Of a stretch of 45,156 bases of DNA, positions 17,326 through 26,847 are shown piece after piece (the first letter of the stretch is position 1; each line of letters starts with the position of its first letter). Source of the stretch: Candidatus Thorarchaeota archaeon. GTDB taxonomy: Archaea; Asgardarchaeota; Thorarchaeia; Thorarchaeales; Thorarchaeaceae. The notes beneath the pieces were generated by a model. It worked only from the letters and a program-made list of their open reading frames with translations. It had not been told where the DNA came from and did not search any database. Both the position numbers and the translations under genes were made by a program. Location: assembly GCA_046482545.1 (NCBI GenBank), contig JAWOEX010000027.1, positions 1 to 45,156 on the forward strand, given 5' to 3'.

Positions 17326-18309
17326 ATGCGACTCGTAGCTGAGGCAGAAGGTGTTCCGCTTTATGCTCCCGAAAGCGCGTATCTTTCCTTCTGCAATAGC
17401 CCCTATGTTGGTCATAGGCGAGCTAGCGCCGTCGATGTGTATCCACATCACTCTACCTGGAATGGGCCATGTTACTCACCTTGTGCAGGGAGGGTAACCC
17501 AAGTACGGCGGCTGAAAATGGGAAAACCCAAAGAGTTTCCCACGGCTGACGATGATTATGCGATAGGTTTGCAGCCTTATGGTTTTGAGGATTTGAGGGT
17601 TAGAATACTGCACTGTGATCCTCGTGTCGATTTGGGTGACGATGTTGAACGGGGCGATTTTCTTGGAGAACTTCTCAGGTCTAGGTTTTTCAATTACTGG
17701 ACCGGTCCCCATTACCATGTCGAAATCGTGCAGAAGGCTTACTTTAATCGATCCAGAATGTCCTCACTCTTGAAACTGGACTTGCCTTCGATTGAATACG
17801 AAGCAACAGATTGCGGAAATGAGCTCTCTTGTGAAATACAAAAAGTAACGAGTGACGTCGTCGTATGCATTTGCCACGACTCTCCTGAAGCTCATGCAGG
17901 AGAGCTATTTGGACACCTAGCGCTTACAACCGAAGGCCAAGCACTTGGAATATTGGACGGAGGAATACCACATTATACACAAGGATGTGTAATCGGCGGC
18001 CAACCCGAGAAAAGCTCGATACAATCTGGTTCATCTGTGATGGCATGGAATGAGATGATAGGTAACGGAATAAGAGTCTCCTCAAGCAGATTTCAATACG
18101 AGACGAATGATTCTCTGTACGTCTCTTTGGACAATATTCCACTGAGAGGGCTTTCTTGTTACGTGTTTACCGCACGTCAGAAAATCAAAGGTCATGTGCC
18201 ATTAGTATGCATCCCAGAACGGTATAATTCGCTTAGCGGCCGGTTCCGTCAGGGTGATATGGTCACAATGAGAATAGAAGATGCTGGCAATGCCACGAAA
18301 GACCGCTAG
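17326..18309 (+). CDS. Hypothetical protein with N-terminal M23-peptidase-like (duplicated hybrid) domain
   Basis: H...AVD.Y, SP..G.V, ILH.DP.V..GD.V..GD.LG, WTGPHYHVE. Start placed at ATG 17326 just after the GGR stop. Confidence 0.6.
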   Translation: MRLVAEAEGVPLYAPESAYLSFCNSPYVGHRRASAVDVYPHHSTWNGPCYSPCAGRVTQVRRLKMGKPKEFPTADDDYAIGLQPYGFEDLRVRILHCDPRVDLGDDVERGDFLGELLRSRFFNYWTGPHYHVEIVQKAYFNRSRMSSLLKLDLPSIEYEATDCGNELSCEIQKVTSDVVVCICHDSPEAHAGELFGHLALTTEGQALGILDGGIPHYTQGCVIGGQPEKSSIQSGSSVMAWNEMIGNGIRVSSSRFQYETNDSLYVSLDNIPLRGLSCYVFTARQKIKGHVPLVCIPERYNSLSGRFRQGDMVTMRIEDAGNATKDR

Positions 18310-18327
18310 CATAATAGGTGCAATGGT

Positions 18328-19293
18328 ATGGTAAACTTGGTGCGTCTGTCTATAGGAACCGCTGTGAAGCTTGGTCTAAAGGAAGGTGCAGAAACCGAAG
18401 GCTTCACAACATCTTTTTTGATGACCTATCATGACGGTAAGTGTACAGCAAATTGCGCTTTCTGCCCGCAAGCACGTTCGGCATCTTCTGACGGAGAGAA
18501 ACTATCCCGCATCCGCTGGCCCGCCCTGCAATTAGAAACAGTGGTGGAAAAGCTTGGAGCAACAGATTTCCAGAGAGTGTGCATACAGTGTTTGAATTAC
18601 AGTGCAGTTGTGGATGATGTTGTGGATATCATCAAGGGCGTTACGTCTGTTACTGACACTCCTATTTCTGTCTGCATACAACCCATCGACACAGAGGATA
18701 TGCGCCGACTGAAGAAGGCTGGAGCCGATAGAATTGGCATATCTATGGATGCATGCACAGAGGATCTGTTCCACGAAATCAAGGGCGAGAAAAGACGCTC
18801 TAGCTATAGGTGGGATTCACATCTTGAGAGCTTGGAAGCGGCTCAAGGAATCTTCGGAGAGGATGCAGTTACAACTCACTTGATTGTTGGGCTTGGTGAA
18901 ACCGAAGAAGAAGCTATAGACTTCATTTTTGACATGCTAGAACACAGTATCTCAGTTGGCCTGTTTGCCTTCACAAATGTACGAGGCACTTCTCTAGAAG
19001 ACAAACCACAACCAGAAGTGGGCAAGTACCGGAGGATACAGGCAGTCCACTACTTAGCTAGAAAGGAGGTAATCGAACGTGATGATGTTCGCTTTGAAAA
19101 GGGGAGAAGCAAGCTTGAGACCAGTGCAATAAATCTGAGAGAAACCTTATCAAGTGATACTTTCAGAACCACAGGTTGTACGGGTTGCAACAGGCCTTTT
19201 TATAATGAACGTCCTGCAGGACCGTTGTACAACTATCACAGACCGCTCAGTGAGGATGAAACTCAACAAGCAATCACTGAGCTGGATTGGTGA
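18328..19293 (+). CDS. Radical SAM protein, LipS2-like / biotin synthase-related
   Basis: CTANCAFC cluster motif, THLIVGLGETE, C-terminal TTGCTGCNRPFYN; immediately upstream of a lipoate ligase. Confidence 0.8.
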   Translation: MVNLVRLSIGTAVKLGLKEGAETEGFTTSFLMTYHDGKCTANCAFCPQARSASSDGEKLSRIRWPALQLETVVEKLGATDFQRVCIQCLNYSAVVDDVVDIIKGVTSVTDTPISVCIQPIDTEDMRRLKKAGADRIGISMDACTEDLFHEIKGEKRRSSYRWDSHLESLEAAQGIFGEDAVTTHLIVGLGETEEEAIDFIFDMLEHSISVGLFAFTNVRGTSLEDKPQPEVGKYRRIQAVHYLARKEVIERDDVRFEKGRSKLETSAINLRETLSSDTFRTTGCTGCNRPFYNERPAGPLYNYHRPLSEDETQQAITELDW

Positions 19294-19299
19294 ATCGAA

Positions 19300-20067
19300 A
19301 TGGATGAAATAAGATTCCTTGACCTCGAGGTTCATTCGGCTTATGAGAACATGGCTATTGACGAAGCAGTACTTGGTTCAATAGCCAAGGGGAAATCTCC
19401 TCCCACCCTTCGCTTCTATAGATGGAGGCCTTCTGCCGTTTCTATAGGTATCTTTCAAAGCTTGAGTGATGAAGTTGACACAGTATATTGCAGTAAAACG
19501 GGTGTTGATTATGTTCGAAGGCTGACTGGCGGTGGAGCAGTCTACCATGACTATGAAGGAGAAATCACCTACAGTATCATAATCCCCAAGGATCATCGAC
19601 TCTATGAGGACGATATCCTCAAATCGTACAGGCAAATCTGCAAAGGTATTATCCGCAGCTTGCAGATTCTTGGGATAGACGCAGAATTCAAGCCAATCAA
19701 TGATGTTGTTACAAATGGAAGGAAGATTTCTGGTAATGCACAGACTCGTCGGCAGTCATGCTTACTGCAGCATGGTACCACCTTACTAGACCTCGATGTA
19801 GCCACTATGTTTTCTGTCCTACGAGTCTCAGAGGAGAAGATTTCTGACAAGATGATTGCAGGAGTTCACGATAGGGTCACATCTGTTAGACGAGAACTAC
19901 AGAGTCAAACCGGTATAGAAGAGATGAGGGATGCGCTGGAACAGGGATTTTCAGAAGCATTGAATTTCGATTTTATTACTGGAGCTCTGACCAGGGAAGA
20001 ATGGGAAACAGCTCAACGCTTGAGTGAAGAGAAGTACAGCTCTTCCGAGTGGAACGAATCAAGGTGA
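19300..20067 (+). CDS. lplA: Lipoate-protein ligase catalytic domain
   Basis: NMAIDEA, PTLRFY.W, VRRLTGGGAVYHD, NDV..NGRKISGNAQ, LQHGT. Confidence 0.9.
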   Translation: MDEIRFLDLEVHSAYENMAIDEAVLGSIAKGKSPPTLRFYRWRPSAVSIGIFQSLSDEVDTVYCSKTGVDYVRRLTGGGAVYHDYEGEITYSIIIPKDHRLYEDDILKSYRQICKGIIRSLQILGIDAEFKPINDVVTNGRKISGNAQTRRQSCLLQHGTTLLDLDVATMFSVLRVSEEKISDKMIAGVHDRVTSVRRELQSQTGIEEMRDALEQGFSEALNFDFITGALTREEWETAQRLSEEKYSSSEWNESR

Positions 20068-20072
20068 GGAAA

Positions 20073-20351
20073 ATGAAAACTGGGGAATACAAAATTCCGG
20101 GGGGCAAGCTCGTTAGAATCGAACTGGATGTAAAGGAACAAAAGATTGATTCCATCAAAATAACTGGAGATTTCTTCTTGCATCCTGAAAGAGCTTTGGA
20201 GCAAATTGAACTACAGCTCCTGGGAACACCTCTTGGCAAAAAGAAATTGGAGGACAAGCTCAATGCTGTTCTCGAGCAATTCAATGCTCAGCTTCTGGGT
20301 GTTAATAAAGCTCAGCTCGCTGAGTGCATCATGTCAACTGCTCAAGGCTAG
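20073..20351 (+). CDS. Lipoate-protein ligase accessory (LplA C-terminal / LplB) subunit
   Basis: K.PGGKL, I.ITGDFF.HPE..LE.IE..L.G. ATG 20073 follows GGTGAGG. Confidence 0.85.
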   Translation: MKTGEYKIPGGKLVRIELDVKEQKIDSIKITGDFFLHPERALEQIELQLLGTPLGKKKLEDKLNAVLEQFNAQLLGVNKAQLAECIMSTAQG

Positions 20352-20430
20352 TGGGTTACTTTATTGACCCATACTTCTGACGAGTAACAATGAAATAGCA
20401 CCGTTTCTGACTGCTGCCAAAGACATCCGG

Positions 20431-21423
20431 ATGTCGGTGAGGTCAGTGAATGCATACTTTGTCACAGTTCTGTTAGCAGTGGGTCTTTTCTATGTTGTAT
20501 GGTTCTTGGGTTGGGTATTAGAGGGGCTTTCACGTACCTTTCTGACTGAAACTAGTACGCCCGGGTCCAGAGGCTGGTACTTCCTTATTGGTCCCGGGGT
20601 GGCGCTTCATGAATCCTCTCACGCACTCGGCTGTTTGATTACAGGCGCAGAGATTGTTGAGTTCAAGCCAATCAGTGTTGAGAAAATGGGAGATGAATAT
20701 AGACTCGGATATGTCAAGTACAGAAACCCCGCGAGTGATTTCAAGAAAGCAGTAATCAATCTTGCTCCAGTCGCGGTTTCATTGGTCCTATTGACTCTCT
20801 TCGCAGTAGCTGTAACCTATTTGGTACCCGGCTCTCTTGGAATAGGAGGTCAAGCATTAGACCTGATTGCAGATCTCATCACAATCAAAGCCAACCCTAT
20901 TCTGCTTGCAGATACCTTCTATCCCATTGGGAAAATTTTTGGCTTCATCTATACCTTTCTGTACACCCTGGCAGGACTGTCAGTTCTGCATCCAGCATTC
21001 TGGCTTATTGCTTTCATTGCGATGACCGTTATGTTCAGCAATGCTCCATCCAATGTTGACATGGCAAACGCAGCAAACGGATTGATAGGAATCATTCTTT
21101 TTGACATCATCTGGTTGGCAATCAGTTTCTTCGCTCCTATCGCGGGGTGGTTCTTGCCAGGCGTGTTCGAAATTCTGGCAGTGCTCTTTGCTCTCGCACT
21201 CGCCTTTGCATTGGTTGGATATGGGTTCTTTGTGCTGGTAGTTGGAATGTCGCGAATCAAGAAACCCTTGCAGATTGTTCCCTTCGCCCTCTGTCTGTTC
21301 ACGGGTGGAATCCTCATGTATCTAGGTGTAAGAACAGTGCAGTTCCAGACTCTCCTATCTCTCGCGATGTTTGCGGCTACAAGCTTCCTCCTAGTGCTTG
21401 TTAGCAGGACTACAGAGCAATAG
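20431..21423 (+). CDS. Membrane zinc metalloprotease-like protein (M50-related)
   Basis: PGVALHESSHALGC HExxH motif, LGYV, INLAP, APS..D; multiple TM helices. Confidence 0.7.
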   Translation: MSVRSVNAYFVTVLLAVGLFYVVWFLGWVLEGLSRTFLTETSTPGSRGWYFLIGPGVALHESSHALGCLITGAEIVEFKPISVEKMGDEYRLGYVKYRNPASDFKKAVINLAPVAVSLVLLTLFAVAVTYLVPGSLGIGGQALDLIADLITIKANPILLADTFYPIGKIFGFIYTFLYTLAGLSVLHPAFWLIAFIAMTVMFSNAPSNVDMANAANGLIGIILFDIIWLAISFFAPIAGWFLPGVFEILAVLFALALAFALVGYGFFVLVVGMSRIKKPLQIVPFALCLFTGGILMYLGVRTVQFQTLLSLAMFAATSFLLVLVSRTTEQ

Positions 21424-21520
21424 AAGCCAGCAGAGCTTTGCAGGCGGGGGGAATTAGTGCAGACCCAGTAATACGTGGAGTTTTTACCTATTCGTTACCT
21501 TTAGTAGCCGGTCGTTATTC

Positions 21521-21868
21521 ATGCCCAAAATCAACCTTGTAAGAAGACCGTCGCTCATAAGTCCCAAACATTTGTTGAGGTATCTATTCTTCACAGAAAT
21601 GCAGGTTGATCAGGCCGCAAAAATCCTGAATACCATTATCCAGTCAGATGGTGTCGTACCTGATTCTGAATGGAGAGACTTCGTACTTTCAAGCCGAGGG
21701 CTCTACGTGAAAGTCATGCGTAAACTGAGGGATCTAGGACTGGTAGAAAAGGAATTGGGCAAATACCGGCTTTCGAGTACATTCTCGCGGGCACTCCGCA
21801 ACATAGCAGATTACTGGGATGAAATAAAGAAATCCTTTGCGAAAGGCGACCGGAGCATCGAGTTCTAG
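21521..21868 (+). CDS. Small winged-helix-like protein
   Basis: SRGLY.KVMRKLRDLGLVEK..GKYRLS..FS..L pattern. Confidence 0.6.
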   Translation: MPKINLVRRPSLISPKHLLRYLFFTEMQVDQAAKILNTIIQSDGVVPDSEWRDFVLSSRGLYVKVMRKLRDLGLVEKELGKYRLSSTFSRALRNIADYWDEIKKSFAKGDRSIEF

Positions 21869-23463
21869 CCTTCTTCTTCCTCGTCTACGACAATCTCACC
21901 TTCTACTATATCAAATTCATCCAAAGTGGAGACTGCTTTGTCCCCTTCAATTTCCAGAACACCAAGTTTCTCCAATTCCCTCACATATTTGGTGACAAGG
22001 CCAACGGGTTTCCCCAGAGACTTGGCCAGTTCTTTGAAAGTCACCGCACCCACTTCGTCAACCAAGAGCAAGGTTTTGGTTCTGGCTTCGCTTTTGATGA
22101 CTTTGATGTAACGTTTCATACGTTCCTCTGCAAGATCACGCTGGTCAAGCGCCATATCCCGCTCCTTTTCCATAAGCTTGCTTGCTTTTTTGAAGCCCTC
22201 CTTCTGCTGTTCAAGAGTCGAAATCTCTTCCGTAGCGCTCTCAAGTTCCTGCTTGAGGTTGTATATTTGTTCCTCGAGCTGCGTTACCTCGTCTATTCTA
22301 TCTTGGACCGATTCCAGCTCTTTGAGTCGCTTTCGTGCCATCTCTTCTGCTGCTTCTCTTTCTTTGATTTGTTCATTCACTTTTTCTTCTAATCTAGTGA
22401 TGCGCGACAAATGCTCCTCATTTTCCTCCCTCTTTTGTTTGAGCCTTTCTTCCAGCATTTCAATTTTGGATTCGTATTCTGCAGCTTCTTCTTCACTAAT
22501 TTCAGCTGCTTCACTGGGTTGCTCCAGTTCGGTCTTGTAGACCTCAAGCTGGCTTTGTACTTCGCCAAGTTCGACCCTGAGTTCCTCTATCTGTGAATTG
22601 GCTTTTCGTAGTTCTTCACTCTTCTGCTCAAGTAAGTCATCTTTCTGGAAAACCTGATCTTCTAGTGATGAAATCTCATCCTCCAGAGAATCTATCTTGC
22701 GTTCGAATTCCTGAGTTATGTCATCAACAGTTTTCCCTTCTCCAACTTGCTTTTGGAGTTCTCGTATTTGCTGTTCTAGCTCAGCAATCTCTTCCTCTTT
22801 CTCCGCCAGTTGCTTGCTTTGAGCAGCTGCTTCTTCCTCCAGAGTTTGCATGAAGGAACGGACAACTTCTTGTTGTTCCACAATGGTTGTTCTGAGATCG
22901 ATTTCTGACTCTCTCACACGAGTAGCAAATTCTTTGAACCGGCGCTGTGTCTGCTCGACAATCTTGTCAACCAGAGTTTTTTCTAAAGCGGAGAATTCAT
23001 CATCTACAATGTCGACGAAAGTTGTCTCGATAAAGCTCTTGAAGAATTGCATCTTCAAACGTTGAACCATTTCCTCGGAAATGCGTGACTTCATCTCAAC
23101 GATTTTGCCCCTGAATGTCAACAACTGGGTTGCGAACACACTGACAACGCCTCGTTGAAGAGAAGAAATGTCGGCGCGAAGATTTTCAAGTTTGTTCAGG
23201 AGAGCATCATATCCTTTGACAGCTTCATCTGTATCTATTTGATCAGATAGGCGCTCTTCATCCCCAATGCTATCCACGAATTCTAAAGCCGAAGCAGCCG
23301 AGGAAACAATATCGGATGAGCCCTGAACAGGAGGCACTATTTCTCCGTCAATACTCGCACCGCTAGCCAGAGCGCGTATCTCGTCCTCAGACAGCGTTGC
23401 ATTCCTAAGTTGGCCTTGTAATGCCTCTTTCTCTTTATCAGTCAGTTTATCCTCAGCAGGCAT
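21865..23463 (-). CDS. Long coiled-coil protein with C-terminal winged helix
   Basis: About 300 aa of E/K/Q/L heptad-rich sequence followed by VTFKELAKSLGKPVGLVTKYVRELEKLGVLEI. Start placed at ATG 23463; ORF track gives 23505. Confidence 0.75.
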   Translation of the reverse strand: MPAEDKLTDKEKEALQGQLRNATLSEDEIRALASGASIDGEIVPPVQGSSDIVSSAASALEFVDSIGDEERLSDQIDTDEAVKGYDALLNKLENLRADISSLQRGVVSVFATQLLTFRGKIVEMKSRISEEMVQRLKMQFFKSFIETTFVDIVDDEFSALEKTLVDKIVEQTQRRFKEFATRVRESEIDLRTTIVEQQEVVRSFMQTLEEEAAAQSKQLAEKEEEIAELEQQIRELQKQVGEGKTVDDITQEFERKIDSLEDEISSLEDQVFQKDDLLEQKSEELRKANSQIEELRVELGEVQSQLEVYKTELEQPSEAAEISEEEAAEYESKIEMLEERLKQKREENEEHLSRITRLEEKVNEQIKEREAAEEMARKRLKELESVQDRIDEVTQLEEQIYNLKQELESATEEISTLEQQKEGFKKASKLMEKERDMALDQRDLAEERMKRYIKVIKSEARTKTLLLVDEVGAVTFKELAKSLGKPVGLVTKYVRELEKLGVLEIEGDKAVSTLDEFDIVEGEIVVDEEEEG

Positions 23464-23653
23464 TTTACCACCACATCTATCGGGGCTACTAGAAGATATT
23501 AACACGTAGGTATAAGGTTTGTGCGGTTGGAACGGAGTCTCCTTGCCGCTAGTTGGTCGTGATTACAAACGATACTCTATTTCTCTGGCTGGAAGACAAA
23601 GCTATATCAGAATTCACGTATATATAAAATCGGCTGAGATGTAGTTAACACGC

Positions 23654-24733
23654 TTGAGAGTGAATGTTCCAGTGAGGATATGCGAGAACTGTGGAAAAGC
23701 TAACCAGGTTACTAGAAGATACTGCATCCGATGCGGCAAACGACTAGTTTCACCTAGTAGACCATCTGATTCAAGGGATGTACGAGCCGAACCACAACCA
23801 AGGAGCAAGGAGCAAAAAGCGGCCCAGACGCAAGAAGCGGAGGCTCCTTCACAACCCACACCTGAGGAACCTGAGACAACCTCGTCGACCATCACCTCAG
23901 GGGATGAATGGGTCAGACCCAGTGAGGTTGTCCGGAACCGGGTCAGACATGGTCGAGCCGCAGCGAAAACCGAGCTTGAGAAGGCCCAAGAAGCATTTGC
24001 TAAGGGAGATGAGGCTCTTATTGATGATGGCAACCCTGGTATTGTAGAGACTAGGATGCTCAGGGCAAGCGAAATCCATGAATTGATGAAAGAGCCAGAG
24101 GATATTTCTCAACCGGAACCGCAAGCCGTACCTGAATCAGGGACTCAGACTGAACGTCAATCTAAAGATAGGGCTGAACGGGAAGCTTCAACAGCTGCCT
24201 ACGAAGAAGAAATGGAACGTAACATCCTTGGTTCTGAGTCTGAATTCGTAAAACAAAAGCAAGGAGAATCTAAGGCGGAGAGTACCAGTGCCGAGGAAAA
24301 ACAGGCCCCACAGGGTGTTCCGCGAAAGATATCCTCTGAATTTCAGTCTTCTAGATACAAGGAAAAAGGAGCCCAAGACGCTGGCTCGTCACAGGAAGTT
24401 GAAGAATTCAATACCGTACCGGAAGGTGAGGAAATCGCCACTGATACGAGCCCCCCACAGAAGCCGATTACGGAAGAGGAGGGCAAGCATGTGACAACAT
24501 GTCCAGAATGTGGAAACGTCTTTGGCGTCGATGACTTCACGTATCCAGACGAAGTGTACAGGATTATGGGCGAAGCCCGCCTGAAACAGGCAAGATTTTT
24601 CGTGGTACAGGGGAACGATGAGAAAGCCCAAGAAATTCTTAGAATTGCAAGATCCCTCTTCAAGAAGACTGAAGACGAGGATGGACTGAAGCAAGTTGAG
24701 AAACTGGTCGATAGCCTAGCTGGTTTAGACTAG
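23654..24733 (+). CDS. Zinc-ribbon protein with low-complexity acidic linkers and helical C-terminus
   Basis: CENCG..N....RYCIRCG at the N-terminus, CPECG near the C-terminus, TPR-like helical hairpin at the end. Confidence 0.7.
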   Translation: MRVNVPVRICENCGKANQVTRRYCIRCGKRLVSPSRPSDSRDVRAEPQPRSKEQKAAQTQEAEAPSQPTPEEPETTSSTITSGDEWVRPSEVVRNRVRHGRAAAKTELEKAQEAFAKGDEALIDDGNPGIVETRMLRASEIHELMKEPEDISQPEPQAVPESGTQTERQSKDRAEREASTAAYEEEMERNILGSESEFVKQKQGESKAESTSAEEKQAPQGVPRKISSEFQSSRYKEKGAQDAGSSQEVEEFNTVPEGEEIATDTSPPQKPITEEEGKHVTTCPECGNVFGVDDFTYPDEVYRIMGEARLKQARFFVVQGNDEKAQEILRIARSLFKKTEDEDGLKQVEKLVDSLAGLD

Positions 24734-25521
24734 CTCCCTTCCCAGAGTTCCCGAAACGTCTCCCGTTCCTCAGGGAATCGGGCTGGGTCCTTCGCCATAA
24801 GCAGGAATCTGCCATCATAGGCCTTCTCCTTCAGTCGGTGTAGTATGGGTTCAAAATCTACCTCACCTTTTCCAAGCGGAAGGTGAGTATCAAATTCACG
24901 AGCCATAGCTCTCATTTCTTCGCGGGATACCGCACGTTCCTTTCGAACTTTCAAGACTTCTTCCACCATCTTACTACCATTGTTGTCATGCATGTTTACC
25001 ATTGCCACACGATCCATATACGATTCAATAATCGGTATGGCACGGTTTTTCATTGCAAATATCTCGCCGTGTCCGACATCTAGGGCAATCTGCACATCGG
25101 GACACCTATCAAATAAGAGAGTGAGCTCAGTATAATACAGGCCTAAGGTCTCTATGGCAAGAGTAACGCCATCTTCCTTCGCGGCTTCACATGCAAGAGG
25201 TACAGCTTGAAGAAAGTGGTCGATAGCCTTGTCCGAATAGAATAATGGGGAAAGCGCCGAATGCATGGTCACTAGCTCAGCACCAATACTAGCTCCGATG
25301 TCTATGAACGGAATCACACTTCCCGGCAGATCCATCGGACTCCACTCGGGGCTGGAGGGGAGGTGAAGAGTGCACGGTGTATCATGTTCTTCCAAGATCT
25401 TCTTTGTATCAGAGAAATCTATGCTGTGATTCAAATCCATTCTAAGGTCGATGAAATCTGGCTCATATTCCAGGGCTTCTCGTACCTGCTCAGTTTCTCT
25501 AGCAAATGTCCCTATTTTCAT
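24730..25521 (-). CDS. Sugar phosphate isomerase/epimerase-like TIM barrel (AP endonuclease 2 family)
   Basis: LHLP, GAELVT.H, LAIE, LDVGH, HDN.G, DTHLPLG.GEVDF. Confidence 0.8.
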   Translation of the reverse strand: MKIGTFARETEQVREALEYEPDFIDLRMDLNHSIDFSDTKKILEEHDTPCTLHLPSSPEWSPMDLPGSVIPFIDIGASIGAELVTMHSALSPLFYSDKAIDHFLQAVPLACEAAKEDGVTLAIETLGLYYTELTLLFDRCPDVQIALDVGHGEIFAMKNRAIPIIESYMDRVAMVNMHDNNGSKMVEEVLKVRKERAVSREEMRAMAREFDTHLPLGKGEVDFEPILHRLKEKAYDGRFLLMAKDPARFPEERETFRELWEGS

Positions 25522-25669
25522 CCTGTGGCGACCTATATTGGAAAAAACGTCTCCCCTTTTCTCAGTTTTGGTACTAACTTAACCTGCATATATTTGCTTA
25601 CTGAAAACACCCTGAATAATACTCCAGAGGAGATTATGGTACATATTTATTAGAAGTGACCGTTCTGCT

Positions 25670-26242
25670 ATGCTAAGTCACCAAAAACTGGAGTCTTGGA
25701 GAGTTAAATCACTGTCTGATTCGGTAGCATATCTATTCAAAATTGTCTTCTTGGGTGACCCAGCAGTAGGCAAGACAAGTCTGGTCGGTAGGTACGTCTA
25801 CGATAGCTTTGAGCGTGATTATTTGACGACAATCGGCACGGACATTCATGTCAAATTAGTCGATCTGGGTGATATCTCCGTTAAGCTCGTCATATGGGAC
25901 ATTGGAGGACAGGATGACTTCAAACAGCTCAGGAAAGCATACTATCAGAATGCGTCCGGCGCGTTTTTTGTTTTTGACACCACGCGACCCGAGACACTTG
26001 ATCGTTTTGATAACTGGCTCGGAGCATTGTTTGAAGTTACCGAAAAGATTCCGCTCGTCATGTGCGAAAACAAAATCGACCTAGTCAGTGAGGTTTCAAG
26101 AGACCGAGTAGACAAACTGGTGGAACGCTATGATATCGATTTTGTACGAACAAGTGCAAAGGAAGATACCAACGTAGAAGCGGCATTTACCAAGATGACC
26201 AAAGAAATGATAGAACGAGCCAGGAAACGCAAGCGTGTCTGA
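25670..26242 (+). CDS. Rab-like small GTPase
   Basis: G1 GDPAVGKTS, G2 Y.TTIG.D, G3 WDIGGQ, G4 NKID, G5 TSAK. Confidence 0.93.
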   Translation: MLSHQKLESWRVKSLSDSVAYLFKIVFLGDPAVGKTSLVGRYVYDSFERDYLTTIGTDIHVKLVDLGDISVKLVIWDIGGQDDFKQLRKAYYQNASGAFFVFDTTRPETLDRFDNWLGALFEVTEKIPLVMCENKIDLVSEVSRDRVDKLVERYDIDFVRTSAKEDTNVEAAFTKMTKEMIERARKRKRV

Positions 26243-26292
26243 CTTCTATTTTAACAAAGCTTTAAGTCAGATTGTCATAATATGAATACAAT

Positions 26293-26817
26293 ATGTCGCG
26301 TAAACCTGATTTTGTATGGAAGATTATCCTGTTGGGCGATACAGCTGTAGGAAAAACCAGTTTGGTTCAGCGATACGTGTACGATACATTCAATCAGGAC
26401 GCTGGCCGTACCATCGGGGCTATTCTTCATGTCAAGACTATCAATCTAAAGGGAAGAACCTACAAGCTCGTGATTTGGGACCTCGGTGGTGAGGAGTCAT
26501 TTTCAGAATTGCGGGAGCAGTACTGCCAGCACGCATCAGGTGCGATATTCGTATTCGATACTACATGCCCAGAAACATTGCAGAATATTGATATCTGGCT
26601 GTCCGCTCTACACTCAGGAGCGGGAAGGGTCCCGGTTATTATGGTCGAAAATAAAATTGATCTCGAAACGAAAATCCCGCGCAAGCAAGTTCAAGAAGCC
26701 CAATCTCCAGATACCATTAAGCTAGTTCGGACAAGCGCACTTGAAGACCGCAATGTTGACGATGCATTCCATGACCTAGTTCGTGCAATCTCCATCAAAG
26801 CAGTTGCGCAGGGATAG
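26293..26817 (+). CDS. Rab-like small GTPase
   Basis: G1 GDTAVGKTS, TIG, G3 WDLGGE, G4 NKID, G5 TSAL. Confidence 0.92.
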   Translation: MSRKPDFVWKIILLGDTAVGKTSLVQRYVYDTFNQDAGRTIGAILHVKTINLKGRTYKLVIWDLGGEESFSELREQYCQHASGAIFVFDTTCPETLQNIDIWLSALHSGAGRVPVIMVENKIDLETKIPRKQVQEAQSPDTIKLVRTSALEDRNVDDAFHDLVRAISIKAVAQG

Positions 26818-26847
26818 TGTATCAATCTCCATGTTTTCTTCACTGTG

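Noticed and set aside
21865-23463. SMC/Rad50 ATPase
   Set aside because: No Walker A/B, signature or hinge/hook motif.
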